NCBI GenBank assembly: GCA_963714915.1
Contig: CAVQQM010000008.1
Span: 23,066 to 87,065 of the forward strand
DNA from: an uncultured Gammaproteobacteria bacterium
GTDB taxonomy: Bacteria > Pseudomonadota > Gammaproteobacteria > Chromatiales > Chromatiaceae
Reading direction: 5' to 3'
Length of the DNA stretch: 64,000 bases
Notes under the pieces: model-generated
What the model was told of the DNA's origin: nothing
Seen by the model: only the letters and a program-made list of their open reading frames with translations
Databases searched by the model: none
Translations under genes and position numbers: made by a program
Shown: piece by piece, positions 1 through 9,108 of the stretch
Position numbering within the stretch: position 1 is the first letter of the stretch
Layout of the letters: every line of letters begins with the position of its first letter

Positions 1-111
1 CTCGGCGTGATCATCCAGCGCAACCTGAGGCGCCAGATCAAGCACTATGACTACTCCCAGCAACCCGAGGCCGCGCCAATGATCGAGATCCGCGATCTGA
101 CGGGATGCTGA
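1..111 (+). CDS. 3' end of an unidentified CDS running in from the window edge
   Basis: Frame 1 is open from base 1 (LGVIIQRNLRRQIKHYDYSQ...) to TGA 109-111 and overlaps the next ATG at 105. Confidence 0.5.
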   Translation, partial: LGVIIQRNLRRQIKHYDYSQQPEAAPMIEIRDLTGC

Positions 112-1217
112 ACGCTCGGGCGGCCCCCAGCACAGCCCGCGGCCGGCCCGCGCGGACCGCCAGGCCCTCCCCAATCACCTCGGTCCCGATCGCCGCGATC
201 CTCGCCACGCTCCTGATCCTGGCCGGCTGCGACCAGGGTGGCGACTCCGAGGCGGCGCCGCGGGCCAGCACGCGGCCTGACCATCTGGTGAGCGTGACGA
301 TCCTAGAGCCAGCTCCGAGTCTCACCGAGACCGAGCGCACGGCGAGTCTGCGACACCGTCGCGAGGTGCGCGTGCACACCCAGGAGGAGGGGCGAATCGT
401 CGCCTTGCCCCTCTACGAGGCGGATCAGGTCGATGCCGGCGCCCTGGTGGCCCGTCTGGATGACAGCCTGCTGCAAGCCGAGCGGGACAAGGCGGTTGCC
501 AACCGTGACCAACGGCGGATCGACCTGGATCGCCTGGCGGACCTGCAACGCAAGCGCGCCGCCTCCGAGGATGAGGTCGCGCAGGCCCAGACGGCCCTGG
601 CCGTGGCCGAGGCGGAGCTGCGACTCCTCGACACCCGGCTCGGGTTCACCCGGATCAGCGCGCCCTTCGACGCCATCGTCACGGAGCGTCTCGCCGAGCC
701 CGGCGACTTCGTCACCAAGAACACCCATTTGCTGACCCTCGCGGACCCCGATTCGCTGGTCGCCGAGACCCGGGTGTCCGAGCTCCTGTTGCCGGAGCTA
801 GCGGTGGGTGATGCGGCCAGCGTGCGCATCGACGCGCTCCCGGGCGAGACCTTCGCCGGACGGATCCTGCGCATCCATCCTCGGGTCGAGGAATCGAGCC
901 GCCAGGGGATCGTCGAGATCGCGTTGGAGCCGATCCCGGAGGGGGCCCGCGCCGGACTCTTCGCCCGGGTCACCTTCCGGATCGCCATGGACGCGCGGCT
1001 CGTCGTGCCCTATCGGTCCCTGCAGCGCGACCGGGAGGGTGAGTTCCTGTGGGTGGTCGGGCCGGACTCCGCCGCACACCGCCGGCGCGTGACCAGCGGG
1101 CTGCGCATCGCCGACGGGATCGAGATCCTCGTAGGGGCGGGCCCGGGGGATCGGGTGATCACCCGTGGCTTCCTGGGGTTGTCGGACGGAAAGCCGGTGA
1201 GGGTGGTCGAGGGCTGA
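105..1217 (+). CDS. Efflux RND transporter periplasmic adaptor (membrane fusion protein)
   Basis: Lipoprotein signal LILAGC, lipoyl-like halves (GRIVAL..., ISAPFDAIV), coiled-coil hairpin, C-terminal GDRVITRG...DGKPVRV. Confidence 0.9.
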   Translation: MLNARAAPSTARGRPARTARPSPITSVPIAAILATLLILAGCDQGGDSEAAPRASTRPDHLVSVTILEPAPSLTETERTASLRHRREVRVHTQEEGRIVALPLYEADQVDAGALVARLDDSLLQAERDKAVANRDQRRIDLDRLADLQRKRAASEDEVAQAQTALAVAEAELRLLDTRLGFTRISAPFDAIVTERLAEPGDFVTKNTHLLTLADPDSLVAETRVSELLLPELAVGDAASVRIDALPGETFAGRILRIHPRVEESSRQGIVEIALEPIPEGARAGLFARVTFRIAMDARLVVPYRSLQRDREGEFLWVVGPDSAAHRRRVTSGLRIADGIEILVGAGPGDRVITRGFLGLSDGKPVRVVEG

Positions 1218-1285
1218 TAGACTTTCCGGATCCTGGCGTCGGCTCGCCGGCCCGCGCCCCCCGGAATACGATCAGCCGCCAGACC

Positions 1286-1900
1286 ATGCGCATGAACCTA
1301 GAGCACCTCTACCCGGCCGTGGATCGGGTCCGCGAGCACCGCTACACGGCGCGCTCCAAGGAGGCGAGCTTCCTGCGGGCCTATCCCGCGATGATCAGCG
1401 CCGCACGCCTCGAGGCCCAGGACCCGCGTGAGGCCTTCCTGCGCATCGCCGCACTCGCCCATGCCTGGATGCCCCATGCCCTTCGTCTCGACGACGCCTT
1501 CCTCGGGGCGGCAACGGATGCCCTGGAGCAGATCCGCAGCGGCAACGTGACCATCAGCGAGGCGGTGATCCAACCCATCGCGGACTGCGTCTCATCCCTG
1601 ATCGGTGCCTCCAAGGTCCTGCACCTCGCCAATCCAGCGGTCTTTCCGCTCTGGGACAAGCGCGTCGAGCGCTTCCGTATCCGCGAGGCCCCCGACGCCT
1701 ACCATATGGGCCAGGCCCGCAACTATCTGGGCTTCATCGAGGACGTCTGGACGGTCACCTCGGACCCGCTCTTCCTCACCTTCCACCACGACTATTGCAC
1801 GGCCTATCAGGAACGCCTCCAACGCCTGAGGATCGCGCCCTATCCACTCACCGAGGCGCGCGTGGTGCAGTCGGCGACCTCGGAGCTCGCGAGCGACTGA
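1286..1900 (+). CDS. Hypothetical protein with ASKxLHxxxPxxFPxWDxRV motif (possible remote HhH-GPD/DUF6308-like fold)
   Basis: Coding-like ORF from ATG 1286 or 1292; motif IGASKVLHLANPAVFPLWDKRV. Confidence 0.7.
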   Translation: MRMNLEHLYPAVDRVREHRYTARSKEASFLRAYPAMISAARLEAQDPREAFLRIAALAHAWMPHALRLDDAFLGAATDALEQIRSGNVTISEAVIQPIADCVSSLIGASKVLHLANPAVFPLWDKRVERFRIREAPDAYHMGQARNYLGFIEDVWTVTSDPLFLTFHHDYCTAYQERLQRLRIAPYPLTEARVVQSATSELASD

Positions 1901-1910
1901 CGACCAGAAC

Positions 1911-1941
1911 GCGCGGCGGAGCCATATGGCCCCGCCGCGCG
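1911..1941. terminator. GC-rich hairpin between convergent genes
   Basis: gcgcggcgg-agccatatggcc-ccgccgcgc inverted repeat; no clear U-tract. Confidence 0.4.
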
Positions 1942-1976
1942 CATCGCCACCGCTTGGCGCGGCGGTTCGGGTTGAC

Positions 1977-2294
1977 TCACTGACCGCCCGTGGACGTGTT
2001 CGCCTGACTGCCGCTCGGGGCAACGACCCCTGGATAGCCGTAGGCGGGGACACCCCAGCCAAAGGGATGACCATAGCCGTAGCCGTAGGGGGCACCCCAG
2101 CCGCCATGGTAGGGATAGCCGCCGTACCAGGGTGCACCACCCCAGCCCCAGGGGCTGCCCCAGCCCGGACCACCCCATCCACCCGGGAAGACGCCGAACG
2201 GACCCCAGCCCCAGAAGGCATTCGCCGACATGGACCCCAGACCCGCGATTCCGGCCACCAGGGCGGCCAGTAAGACTCTCTTCGATGTCGTCAT
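1977..2294 (-). CDS. Sulfur globule envelope protein (SgpA/SgpB, CV1/CV2-like)
   Basis: Sec signal ending ANA, mature N-terminus FWGWGPF, then a Gly/Trp/Tyr/Pro-rich low-complexity body (GGWGGPGWGSPWGWGGAPWYGGYPY). Confidence 0.85.
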   Translation of the reverse strand: MTTSKRVLLAALVAGIAGLGSMSANAFWGWGPFGVFPGGWGGPGWGSPWGWGGAPWYGGYPYHGGWGAPYGYGYGHPFGWGVPAYGYPGVVAPSGSQANTSTGGQ

Positions 2295-2552
2295 CTCACT
2301 TCCCCAAAAAGACCTGATGGAAACGACCGGTGAGGACGAATACCTCTTGTCAACCGGCCGCGGGGAAAAGACTAACCCGGCCCGCGGAGGTCGGTTTTGA
2401 TCAGAATCAATATATCCTAATATACTTATCTTTAAGCGCCGACCTTGGCCCACCGGATCGCGTTCCCCTATGGCAGTGGGTCACGACTCAATCGGGATTC
2501 GGCCTGGAGATGGGCGCTCGTTCGAGGCAGCGGGGCCTCTACCCAACCGCCG

Positions 2553-3059
2553 TCAGCGGTTGGTCTCGAACCGGAAGGGGGCGGCCAAGAGACCCGCCGG
2601 GGTGTCGAGCAGGACTCGGGCCTCCCAGGTCATGCGCTCGCGCACGCAGATCGGCAGCATCCCACCGCCCGTGTAGGCGCCCGCCCCCTCCGGGGTGAGC
2701 GAGACGCGGTTGTACCCCATGTCCATGTCGATCCCCGCGAAATCCACCGCCACACCCGTCACCTCGCGGTCTGCGATCTCAACCGTCAAGGTCAACGGGG
2801 TGACCACGGGTATCCCCACCGGTTGGATCTCCAGCGATACCCGCCCCCCGCCCGGAAGGCCCAAGGCGCAGGCCCCGGCACGCAGATCGCAGCTCGGATC
2901 GAGGGCGGCGACCAGATCGGGCGACGGGATCAGCAGGGGACGCAGGCGATAGCCGATGACCAGGAGGATGGCCAGGGCCAGCGCCATGGCCAGCCACCAT
3001 AGACCGGAAGACCGCAGGGGTCGGGTCTCCGTTGGCGAGCCGGGATGGTCGGATGTCAT
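2553..3059 (-). CDS. Membrane-anchored periplasmic hypothetical protein (YtkA/FixH-like Ig fold possible)
   Basis: One N-terminal TM helix, CDLRAGAC, GIDMDMGYN and LPIC motifs; directly downstream of the LuxO-like gene. Confidence 0.75.
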   Translation of the reverse strand: MTSDHPGSPTETRPLRSSGLWWLAMALALAILLVIGYRLRPLLIPSPDLVAALDPSCDLRAGACALGLPGGGRVSLEIQPVGIPVVTPLTLTVEIADREVTGVAVDFAGIDMDMGYNRVSLTPEGAGAYTGGGMLPICVRERMTWEARVLLDTPAGLLAAPFRFETNR

Positions 3060-3080
3060 GACGGTGATGGATCCGGTCGT

Positions 3081-4487
3081 TCAGTGACCGTTCGCCTGCC
3101 AGGCCTGACGCTTGCGGTAGAGGGTCGATGGGCTGACCTCGAGCAGGCCTGCGGCCCGGGGGATATTGCCATCGCACAATGCGATGGCCCTCTCGATGGC
3201 CTCCTTCTCGACCACGTGCAACGGGCGGATGGCCTCGCGTGCATCCTGAGACCCGCCCCCCACCGCGACCGGGTGCGCGCTCCCGTTCCGCCCGCTCCCG
3301 CCCTCGCCTGCGCGATCAACCGGCGGCGGCAGCATCTCCGGCGTGACCTGCTCGCCATCGTAGAGGACCACGACATTGCGGATCACATTCTGGAGCTGGC
3401 GGATGTTGCCCGGCCAATCGTACTCCAGGAGCAACCGCTCGACCCCTGGGGAGAGCTCGCGAAACGACTTGCCCTCCTCCGCGGCGAACCTCCTCAGGAA
3501 GTGATTGGAGAGCAGCAGGATATCGTCGAGTCGGTCGCGCAGGCGCGGGAGATGGACCGGGATGACGTGCAGTCGGTAGTAGAGATCCTCGCGGAAGCGC
3601 CCCTCCGCCACCTCCTGCAAAGGGTCACGATTGGTCGCGCAGATGAAGCGTACGTCGACCTTGACGAGCTGGGTCGCCCCCACGCGCTGAAAGGAGCCGG
3701 TCTGTACGAAACGCAGCAGCTTGGTCTGGAGGTCGAGGTCCAGCTCGGCGATCTCGTCGAGGAAGAGTGTGCCGCCGTCGGCCTTCTCGGCGGCGCCCTG
3801 GCGGTCGCGGGTCGCCCCGGTGAAGGCCCCGCGCACATGGCCGAAGATCTCGCTCTCCATGAGGTCGCGGGGGATCGCGCCACAGTTCAGGGGCACGAAC
3901 GGGCCATCGCGACGGCTGCTCTGACGATGGATGGCCTCGGCGCACAGCTCCTTGCCCGTGCCGCTCTCGCCGGTGATGAACACCGTCGCCTTACTGGGGG
4001 CCGCGCTGTCGATGATCCGGTACACCGCCTGGAGCGGCAGGGAGGACCCGATGAATCCGTGGTAGTGATCGCGCGCCTTCGCCCGGGCGGCCTGGTCCGC
4101 CTGGCGCCCTAGGCCCTGGCGTTCGATGGCGTTGCGCAGGGCCACCTTGACCCGCTTGGCGCTCAAGGGCTTCTCGATGAGATCGGACACGCCATAGCGC
4201 ATGGCGTCGGTGGCCAGGGAGACCGAGGCGCGGTCCGCGATGAGCACCACCGAGGTGGCGACCTGGCGCTCATGGATGTACCTGAGGATCTCCATGCCGT
4301 CCATGTCGGGAAGGTTGACGTCGAGCAGAAGGACCTCGGGCGGATCCTTCTCGATGAGTCTCATGCCGCCCTTGCCGTCCGCCACATGCCCGATCGCATA
4401 GGGCTCGCCCCGGAGGTAGTTGCGAAACACCTCCGCCAGCGCGGGGCTGTCCTCGATGATCAGGACTCTAGGAGGGGGGCTCGACAT
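3081..4487 (-). CDS. Sigma-54-dependent response regulator, LuxO-like (REC-AAA+-HTH)
   Basis: REC LLLDVNLPDMDG; FIGSSLPLQAVYRIIDSAAPSKATVFITGESGTGKE; GAFTGA; FLDEI; C-terminal VSPSTLYRKRQAW. Confidence 0.9.
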   Translation of the reverse strand: MSSPPPRVLIIEDSPALAEVFRNYLRGEPYAIGHVADGKGGMRLIEKDPPEVLLLDVNLPDMDGMEILRYIHERQVATSVVLIADRASVSLATDAMRYGVSDLIEKPLSAKRVKVALRNAIERQGLGRQADQAARAKARDHYHGFIGSSLPLQAVYRIIDSAAPSKATVFITGESGTGKELCAEAIHRQSSRRDGPFVPLNCGAIPRDLMESEIFGHVRGAFTGATRDRQGAAEKADGGTLFLDEIAELDLDLQTKLLRFVQTGSFQRVGATQLVKVDVRFICATNRDPLQEVAEGRFREDLYYRLHVIPVHLPRLRDRLDDILLLSNHFLRRFAAEEGKSFRELSPGVERLLLEYDWPGNIRQLQNVIRNVVVLYDGEQVTPEMLPPPVDRAGEGGSGRNGSAHPVAVGGGSQDAREAIRPLHVVEKEAIERAIALCDGNIPRAAGLLEVSPSTLYRKRQAWQANGH

Positions 4488-4905
4488 TGTCTCTTGCGAT
4501 ACATGGCGGGGACCAGTTGACCTGACTGAGAGCGCCTATCCCGCGGGGCGAGGCAAAGGAGGCGCCTTGGTGGCGATCGGGGGCCGGGCGGCGCTCCGCC
4601 ACGCCCCGAGCCTCTACCAAACAGGATCCCATCGCAACCCGACGGTCCGCTCGCGATTATCCGAGCCAGGCCTTTGATCCTGGACTGAAACACAGTCACG
4701 CACACCATGTCGTGGCCGCGGTCACGTTGCATGAGGGCGGAGGGGACAGACCCCTGCGGTTCGCGGATATCCATCGGTGGCGCCGATGCTCGCTATCTCG
4801 ACAATCGATTTTGCTTTCGTTCTGCAGGTCCGTATCTTGGCCACGTCAGCGGGGCAACCCGCCAACCTTTACCGAATCAAATCAGCCATACGGAGCCCGA
4901 AAGCC

Positions 4906-5649
4906 ATGTTCACCGATCGTTCCGGATCCCGCGTCCCCCAGGTCACCTTTCGCACCCGCCGCGGCCACGAGTGGGTCGACGTGACCACCGATGAGGTCTT
5001 TGCCGGCAAGACCGTGGTCGTGTTCTCCCTTCCGGGGGCCTTCACGCCCACCTGCTCCTCGTCCCATGTGCCGCGGTACAACCAGTTGGTGCCCGCGATG
5101 CGCGAGCACGGGGTGGACGAGGTGGTGTGCGTCTCGGTCAACGACGCCTTCGTCATGAACGAGTGGCAGAAGACCCAGCATGCCGACAACCTGAGCTTCC
5201 TCCCCGATGGCAACGGTGATTTCACCGCCGGGATGGGGATGTTGGTCGACAAGAACGACCTGGGTTTCGGCAAGCGGTCGTGGCGCTACTCGATGCTGGT
5301 GCGCGACGGCATGGTCGAGAAGATGTTCATCGAGCCCGATGTGCCGGGCGATCCCTTCGAGGTCTCCGACGCGGACACCATGCTCGGCTACATCGCGCCC
5401 GGTGCCGCCCGGCCGCTGGATGTGACCGTTTTCAGCCGCGACGGCTGCCCCTACTGTGTCGCGGCCAAGCAGACCCTGCGCGACGCCGGGATCGCCTTCG
5501 AGGAGCTGGTGCTCAACCGTGACTACACCGAGCAGACCCTGCGCGCGGTGGCCAACGCGGCGACCGTTCCCCAGGTCTTCGTGAACGGCGAGCGGATCGG
5601 CGGATCGGAGTCGACCATCTCCTGGGTCAACGACCACGCGGCCGGCTGA
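4906..5649 (+). CDS. garA: Hybrid peroxiredoxin/glutaredoxin (glutathione amide-dependent peroxidase type)
   Basis: Prx5 motif [24 protein letters not shown]; C-terminal Grx domain CPYC ... TVPQVF. Confidence 0.92.
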   Translation: MFTDRSGSRVPQVTFRTRRGHEWVDVTTDEVFAGKTVVVFSLPGAFTPTCSSSHVPRYNQLVPAMREHGVDEVVCVSVNDAFVMNEWQKTQHADNLSFLPDGNGDFTAGMGMLVDKNDLGFGKRSWRYSMLVRDGMVEKMFIEPDVPGDPFEVSDADTMLGYIAPGAARPLDVTVFSRDGCPYCVAAKQTLRDAGIAFEELVLNRDYTEQTLRAVANAATVPQVFVNGERIGGSESTISWVNDHAAG

Positions 5650-5751
5650 CCGAGGCGAGATCGGTCGCCGCGCCCGGGCCGCGAGGGCCCGGGCGCCCCC
5701 ATCCAACAGGCGGCCCAACGACAAGGCCCCACGACGGGAGATCCAACCCCC

Positions 5752-7131
5752 ATGAATCAGCATTTCGATCTCATCGCGATCGGCGGCGGCAGCGGCGGTC
5801 TTGCGGTGGCGGAGCAGGCCGCCGCGCTCGGACGCCGGGTGGCCATCATCGAGGCCGAGCGCCTGGGCGGCACCTGTGTCAACCGGGGATGCGTGCCCAA
5901 GAAACTGATGTGGTACGCGGCCAGCCTCGCCCAGTCGGTTCGCGACGCCCCGGGCTTCGGGGTGCGCGCCCACCTGAACGGCATCGACTGGCCCGCGCTG
6001 AGACGCGACCGCGACCAGTTCATCACGCGGATCAACGATTATTGGGACGGCTACGCCGAGCGCGTCGGGATCCAGCAGATCCAGGGCTACGGACGCCTCA
6101 TCGACGGATCGACCGTCGAGGTAGAGGGCACCCGCTACAGCGCCGATCACATCGTGATCGCCACCGGCGGCCGGCCCATCGTGCCACGCATCCCCGGTGC
6201 CGAGCTCGGGATCACCTCCGACGGATTCTTCGAGCTCGGGTCCCTGCCGCGACGGGTGGCTGTCATCGGCGGCGGCTACATCGGCGTGGAGCTCGCCGGG
6301 GTCCTGCGCGCCCTCGGCGCCGAGGTCACCCTGATGGCCCTGGAGGACCGGCCCCTGTTCGCCTTCGATCCGCTGATCAGCGAGACCCTCGCCGAGAACA
6401 TGACGGCGGACGGCATCGAGCTGCGGCTGGAGTTCCAGGTCACGGCCCTCGAGTCCCACGAAGACGGCGTCACCGTCCTCGGGGCGGGCGACGCACACCT
6501 GGGGCCCTTCGATGCCGTGATCTGGGCGGTCGGGCGCGTCCCCAACACGAGCGGACTCGGCCTGGACGCGGCGGGGATCGAGACCAGGGCCAACGGTCTG
6601 ATCCCGACCGACGCCCTGCAACGGACCACGGTGCCCGGGCTCTACGCCATCGGGGACGTCACCGGCCGCGAGCCGCTCACCCCGGTCGCCATCGCCGCGG
6701 GTCGGCGCCTGGCGCGGCGGCTGTTCGGCGGTGAGGCCAACCTCAAGCTCGACTATGAGAACGTCCCCACGGTGGTCTTCGCGCATCCCCCGGTGGGCAA
6801 GGTCGGGCTCACCGAGCCGGAGGCCCGCGAGCGCTTCGGGGACACCCTGACGGTCTACGAGACGAGCTTCACCCCGTTACGCTATGCCCTGGCCGAGCAC
6901 GGGCCCAAGACCGCCATGAAGCTCGTCTGTCAGGGTGCCGAGCAGCGCGTCGTGGGGATCCATCTCATCGGCGACGGTGCCGACGAGATGCTCCAGGGCT
7001 TCGCGGTCGCCCTGAAGATGGGTGCCACCAAGGCCGACCTCGACGCCACCGTGGCCATCCATCCGAGCAGCGCGGAGGAGCTGGTGACCCTGAAGGAGCC
7101 GGTGCGGGTCCCGGGCGCGGGCGCGGACTGA
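5752..7131 (+). CDS. garB: Glutathione (amide) disulfide reductase, GorA/GarB family
   Basis: GGGSGG FAD motif, [13 protein letters not shown] redox disulfide, [16 protein letters not shown]; adjacent to the Prx/Grx gene. Confidence 0.92.
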   Translation: MNQHFDLIAIGGGSGGLAVAEQAAALGRRVAIIEAERLGGTCVNRGCVPKKLMWYAASLAQSVRDAPGFGVRAHLNGIDWPALRRDRDQFITRINDYWDGYAERVGIQQIQGYGRLIDGSTVEVEGTRYSADHIVIATGGRPIVPRIPGAELGITSDGFFELGSLPRRVAVIGGGYIGVELAGVLRALGAEVTLMALEDRPLFAFDPLISETLAENMTADGIELRLEFQVTALESHEDGVTVLGAGDAHLGPFDAVIWAVGRVPNTSGLGLDAAGIETRANGLIPTDALQRTTVPGLYAIGDVTGREPLTPVAIAAGRRLARRLFGGEANLKLDYENVPTVVFAHPPVGKVGLTEPEARERFGDTLTVYETSFTPLRYALAEHGPKTAMKLVCQGAEQRVVGIHLIGDGADEMLQGFAVALKMGATKADLDATVAIHPSSAEELVTLKEPVRVPGAGAD

Positions 7132-7145
7132 TGCGCGCCGCCGTC

Positions 7146-7170
7146 GCGACGGGGGGCGCCCCCCGTCGCG
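7146..7170. terminator. Hairpin downstream of the reductase gene
   Basis: cgcgacggggg-gcg-cccccgtcgcg perfect stem. Confidence 0.5.
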
Positions 7171-7280
7171 GCGCGCATCGCCCCGGATGCTGTCCTTTGG
7201 GTATGCTTGGGCACCCATCGCGTCTCAGGAGCTCCACCCTCGTGCCGGTCGTTTCCCGCCGAGCCCTCGCGGCCAGCCCG

Positions 7281-8738
7281 ATGCCATCGCGGCACCGGGA
7301 CATCCGGCACTGCCTCGCCGCCTGCCTGCTCGCACTCTCGGGTACGGCCGCCGGCGACACCGAACTGCCCACCGAGATCGCCAGGTCCTTGCGGCTCCAC
7401 GAGCTATCCAGCGACGATCTCAGCCTCTACCTGCGCGCGGTCGACGCGCCCCAAGCGCGGATCGCACTCAACATCGGGGTCGTCCGCAGTCCGGCATCCA
7501 CCATCAAGCTGCTCACCACGGTGGCGGCCCTCGACCAACTCGGCCCCGACTACCGCTGGCAGACCCGCGCCCTCCTCGGCGGACCCCTCGAGGCGGGCCG
7601 TCTCGCGGGCGATCTCATCATCCAAGGCGGAGGAGACCCGGATATCCGCACCGAGCGGCTGTGGCGATTCCTGTGGGAGCTGCGCGCGCGGGGGCTCGCG
7701 CACATCGACGGCGACATCCTCATCGACAACACGGCGTTCGACCTGCCCCCCGCCTCCCGTGCCGACTTCGACGGTGACGGCGACAACCCTTACAACGCCC
7801 TGCCCGTCGCCTTCTCGATCAACGGACAGGTCACCGAGGTCACGGCCGAGATCGACCCCGGGAGCGGGGACCTGCGGACCTGGCTCGCCCCACCCATCGC
7901 CGGCATGGCCCTGATCGACGGCGCACGGGTGGTCGCCGCGCCCTGCACCGCGAAACACCATCGCCTCGGCCTCCAGGTCGCCAACGGCGAGCCCGAGCAC
8001 GCGGTCACCCTCTCGGGCACCTTCGCCTCGAAGTGCGGATCGGATCGACTCGAGCGCCTGCTGCTCGGGCCCGTCGATCATGCGGCCGGCGCCATCCTCG
8101 CCCTGTGGTCGCAGCTCGGAGGGACCCTCGCGGGCGAGATCCGCGAGGGTGAGACGCCCGAGGATGCGACCCTCTTCCACACCCTCGAATCCGAGCCGCT
8201 CGCCCAGGTCGTCCGCGACCTCAACAAGCGCAGCGACAACCTCATGGCCCGCACCCTCCTGCTCACCCTGGGCATGGAGGACCAGGGCCGACCGGCCACC
8301 GTGGAGAAGGGCCGCGAGGCCCTCGCCGATTGGCTCGACAGCCAGGGCCTCGATCTGCCCGGCCTGGTGATCGACAACGGCAGCGGTCTGTCACGGGAGA
8401 CCAGGATCTCGGCCGAGGGCCTCGCTCGGATCCTGGGCTGGGCCTACGCCCATCCCGAGATGGCCGAGCTGATCGCCTCCCTGCCGATCGTCGGGGTGGA
8501 TGGGACCCTCGCCAGGCGTCTGAGACGCACCCCGGCTCAGGGTCAGGGGCACATCAAGACCGGCACCCTGCGCGGCGTGACCGCCATGGCCGGGTTCGTC
8601 GTAGACGACGCCGGCACACGCTGGATCCTGGTCTCGCTGATCAACAACCCGCGGCTCCAGCACTGGCGCGGCAAGGCCGTGGAGGACAAGATCCTCGGGT
8701 GGATCCACGCCCAGGGACAGGCCGCCCTGGATCGCTGA
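7281..8738 (+). CDS. dacB: D-alanyl-D-alanine carboxypeptidase/endopeptidase PBP4
   Basis: SxxK (PASTIK), GGGDP, SDN, DNGSGLSR, KTGTL. Start codon uncertain. Confidence 0.92.
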   Translation: MPSRHRDIRHCLAACLLALSGTAAGDTELPTEIARSLRLHELSSDDLSLYLRAVDAPQARIALNIGVVRSPASTIKLLTTVAALDQLGPDYRWQTRALLGGPLEAGRLAGDLIIQGGGDPDIRTERLWRFLWELRARGLAHIDGDILIDNTAFDLPPASRADFDGDGDNPYNALPVAFSINGQVTEVTAEIDPGSGDLRTWLAPPIAGMALIDGARVVAAPCTAKHHRLGLQVANGEPEHAVTLSGTFASKCGSDRLERLLLGPVDHAAGAILALWSQLGGTLAGEIREGETPEDATLFHTLESEPLAQVVRDLNKRSDNLMARTLLLTLGMEDQGRPATVEKGREALADWLDSQGLDLPGLVIDNGSGLSRETRISAEGLARILGWAYAHPEMAELIASLPIVGVDGTLARRLRRTPAQGQGHIKTGTLRGVTAMAGFVVDDAGTRWILVSLINNPRLQHWRGKAVEDKILGWIHAQGQAALDR

Positions 8739-8764
8739 TCGCGGATCCTGGAACAAGCGACTCG

Positions 8765-8893
8765 GCCGCAAACCACGCAAATTTACGCAAATGGTTCAGT
8801 AGCTTAGGTGACGTCCTTAGGTCACCCGCAAGGTGAGTCGGCCGCAGACACCAAGCCCTTGGTTACTTGCGTCAATTCGCGTTCATTTGCGGC
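8765..8893. repeat. ~130-bp imperfect inverted-repeat (MITE/REP-like) element
   Basis: Left arm gccgcaaaccacgcaaatttacgcaa pairs with right arm ttgcgtcaattcgcgttcatttgcggc; inner gcttaggtg/caccaagc and tcacc-cgcaa-ggtga stems; AT-richer than the flanks. Confidence 0.65.
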
Positions 8894-9108
8894 TGAACTG
8901 CCCTTTTTTGGGCCGATCGCTGGGAGGATCGACGCGTCCCCGCTCCCCTCCCGTGCGCCCCTCCCAATGCCAGGCGTCGCCGCCCGGCCTCGATCATGTT
9001 CCGCCGTGATAGGATCCGGCCACCGCCGTCATGCGCCGGGCATCCGCGCCCGGGCGCCCGCCCAACCTACCCCGCCCCCACGGACCGATCGTTACCGGAG
9101 CCCTGATC

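Noticed and set aside
4780-4820. Possible OxyR site upstream of the peroxiredoxin gene (CTAT-N7-ATCG)
   Set aside because: Only part of the four-tetramer OxyR pattern matches. Biologically plausible but not supportable from the sequence.
4488-4905. Qrr-like sRNA or sigma-54 promoter beside the LuxO-like gene
   Set aside because: I found no GG-N10-GC promoter and no terminator with a U-tract by eye.
4882-6786. Long antisense ORFs (also 42132..44774, 47298..49145, 17498..19339, 12875..14431)
   Set aside because: They are shadows of well-supported genes on the opposite strand, expected in high-GC DNA, and show no recognisable motifs.
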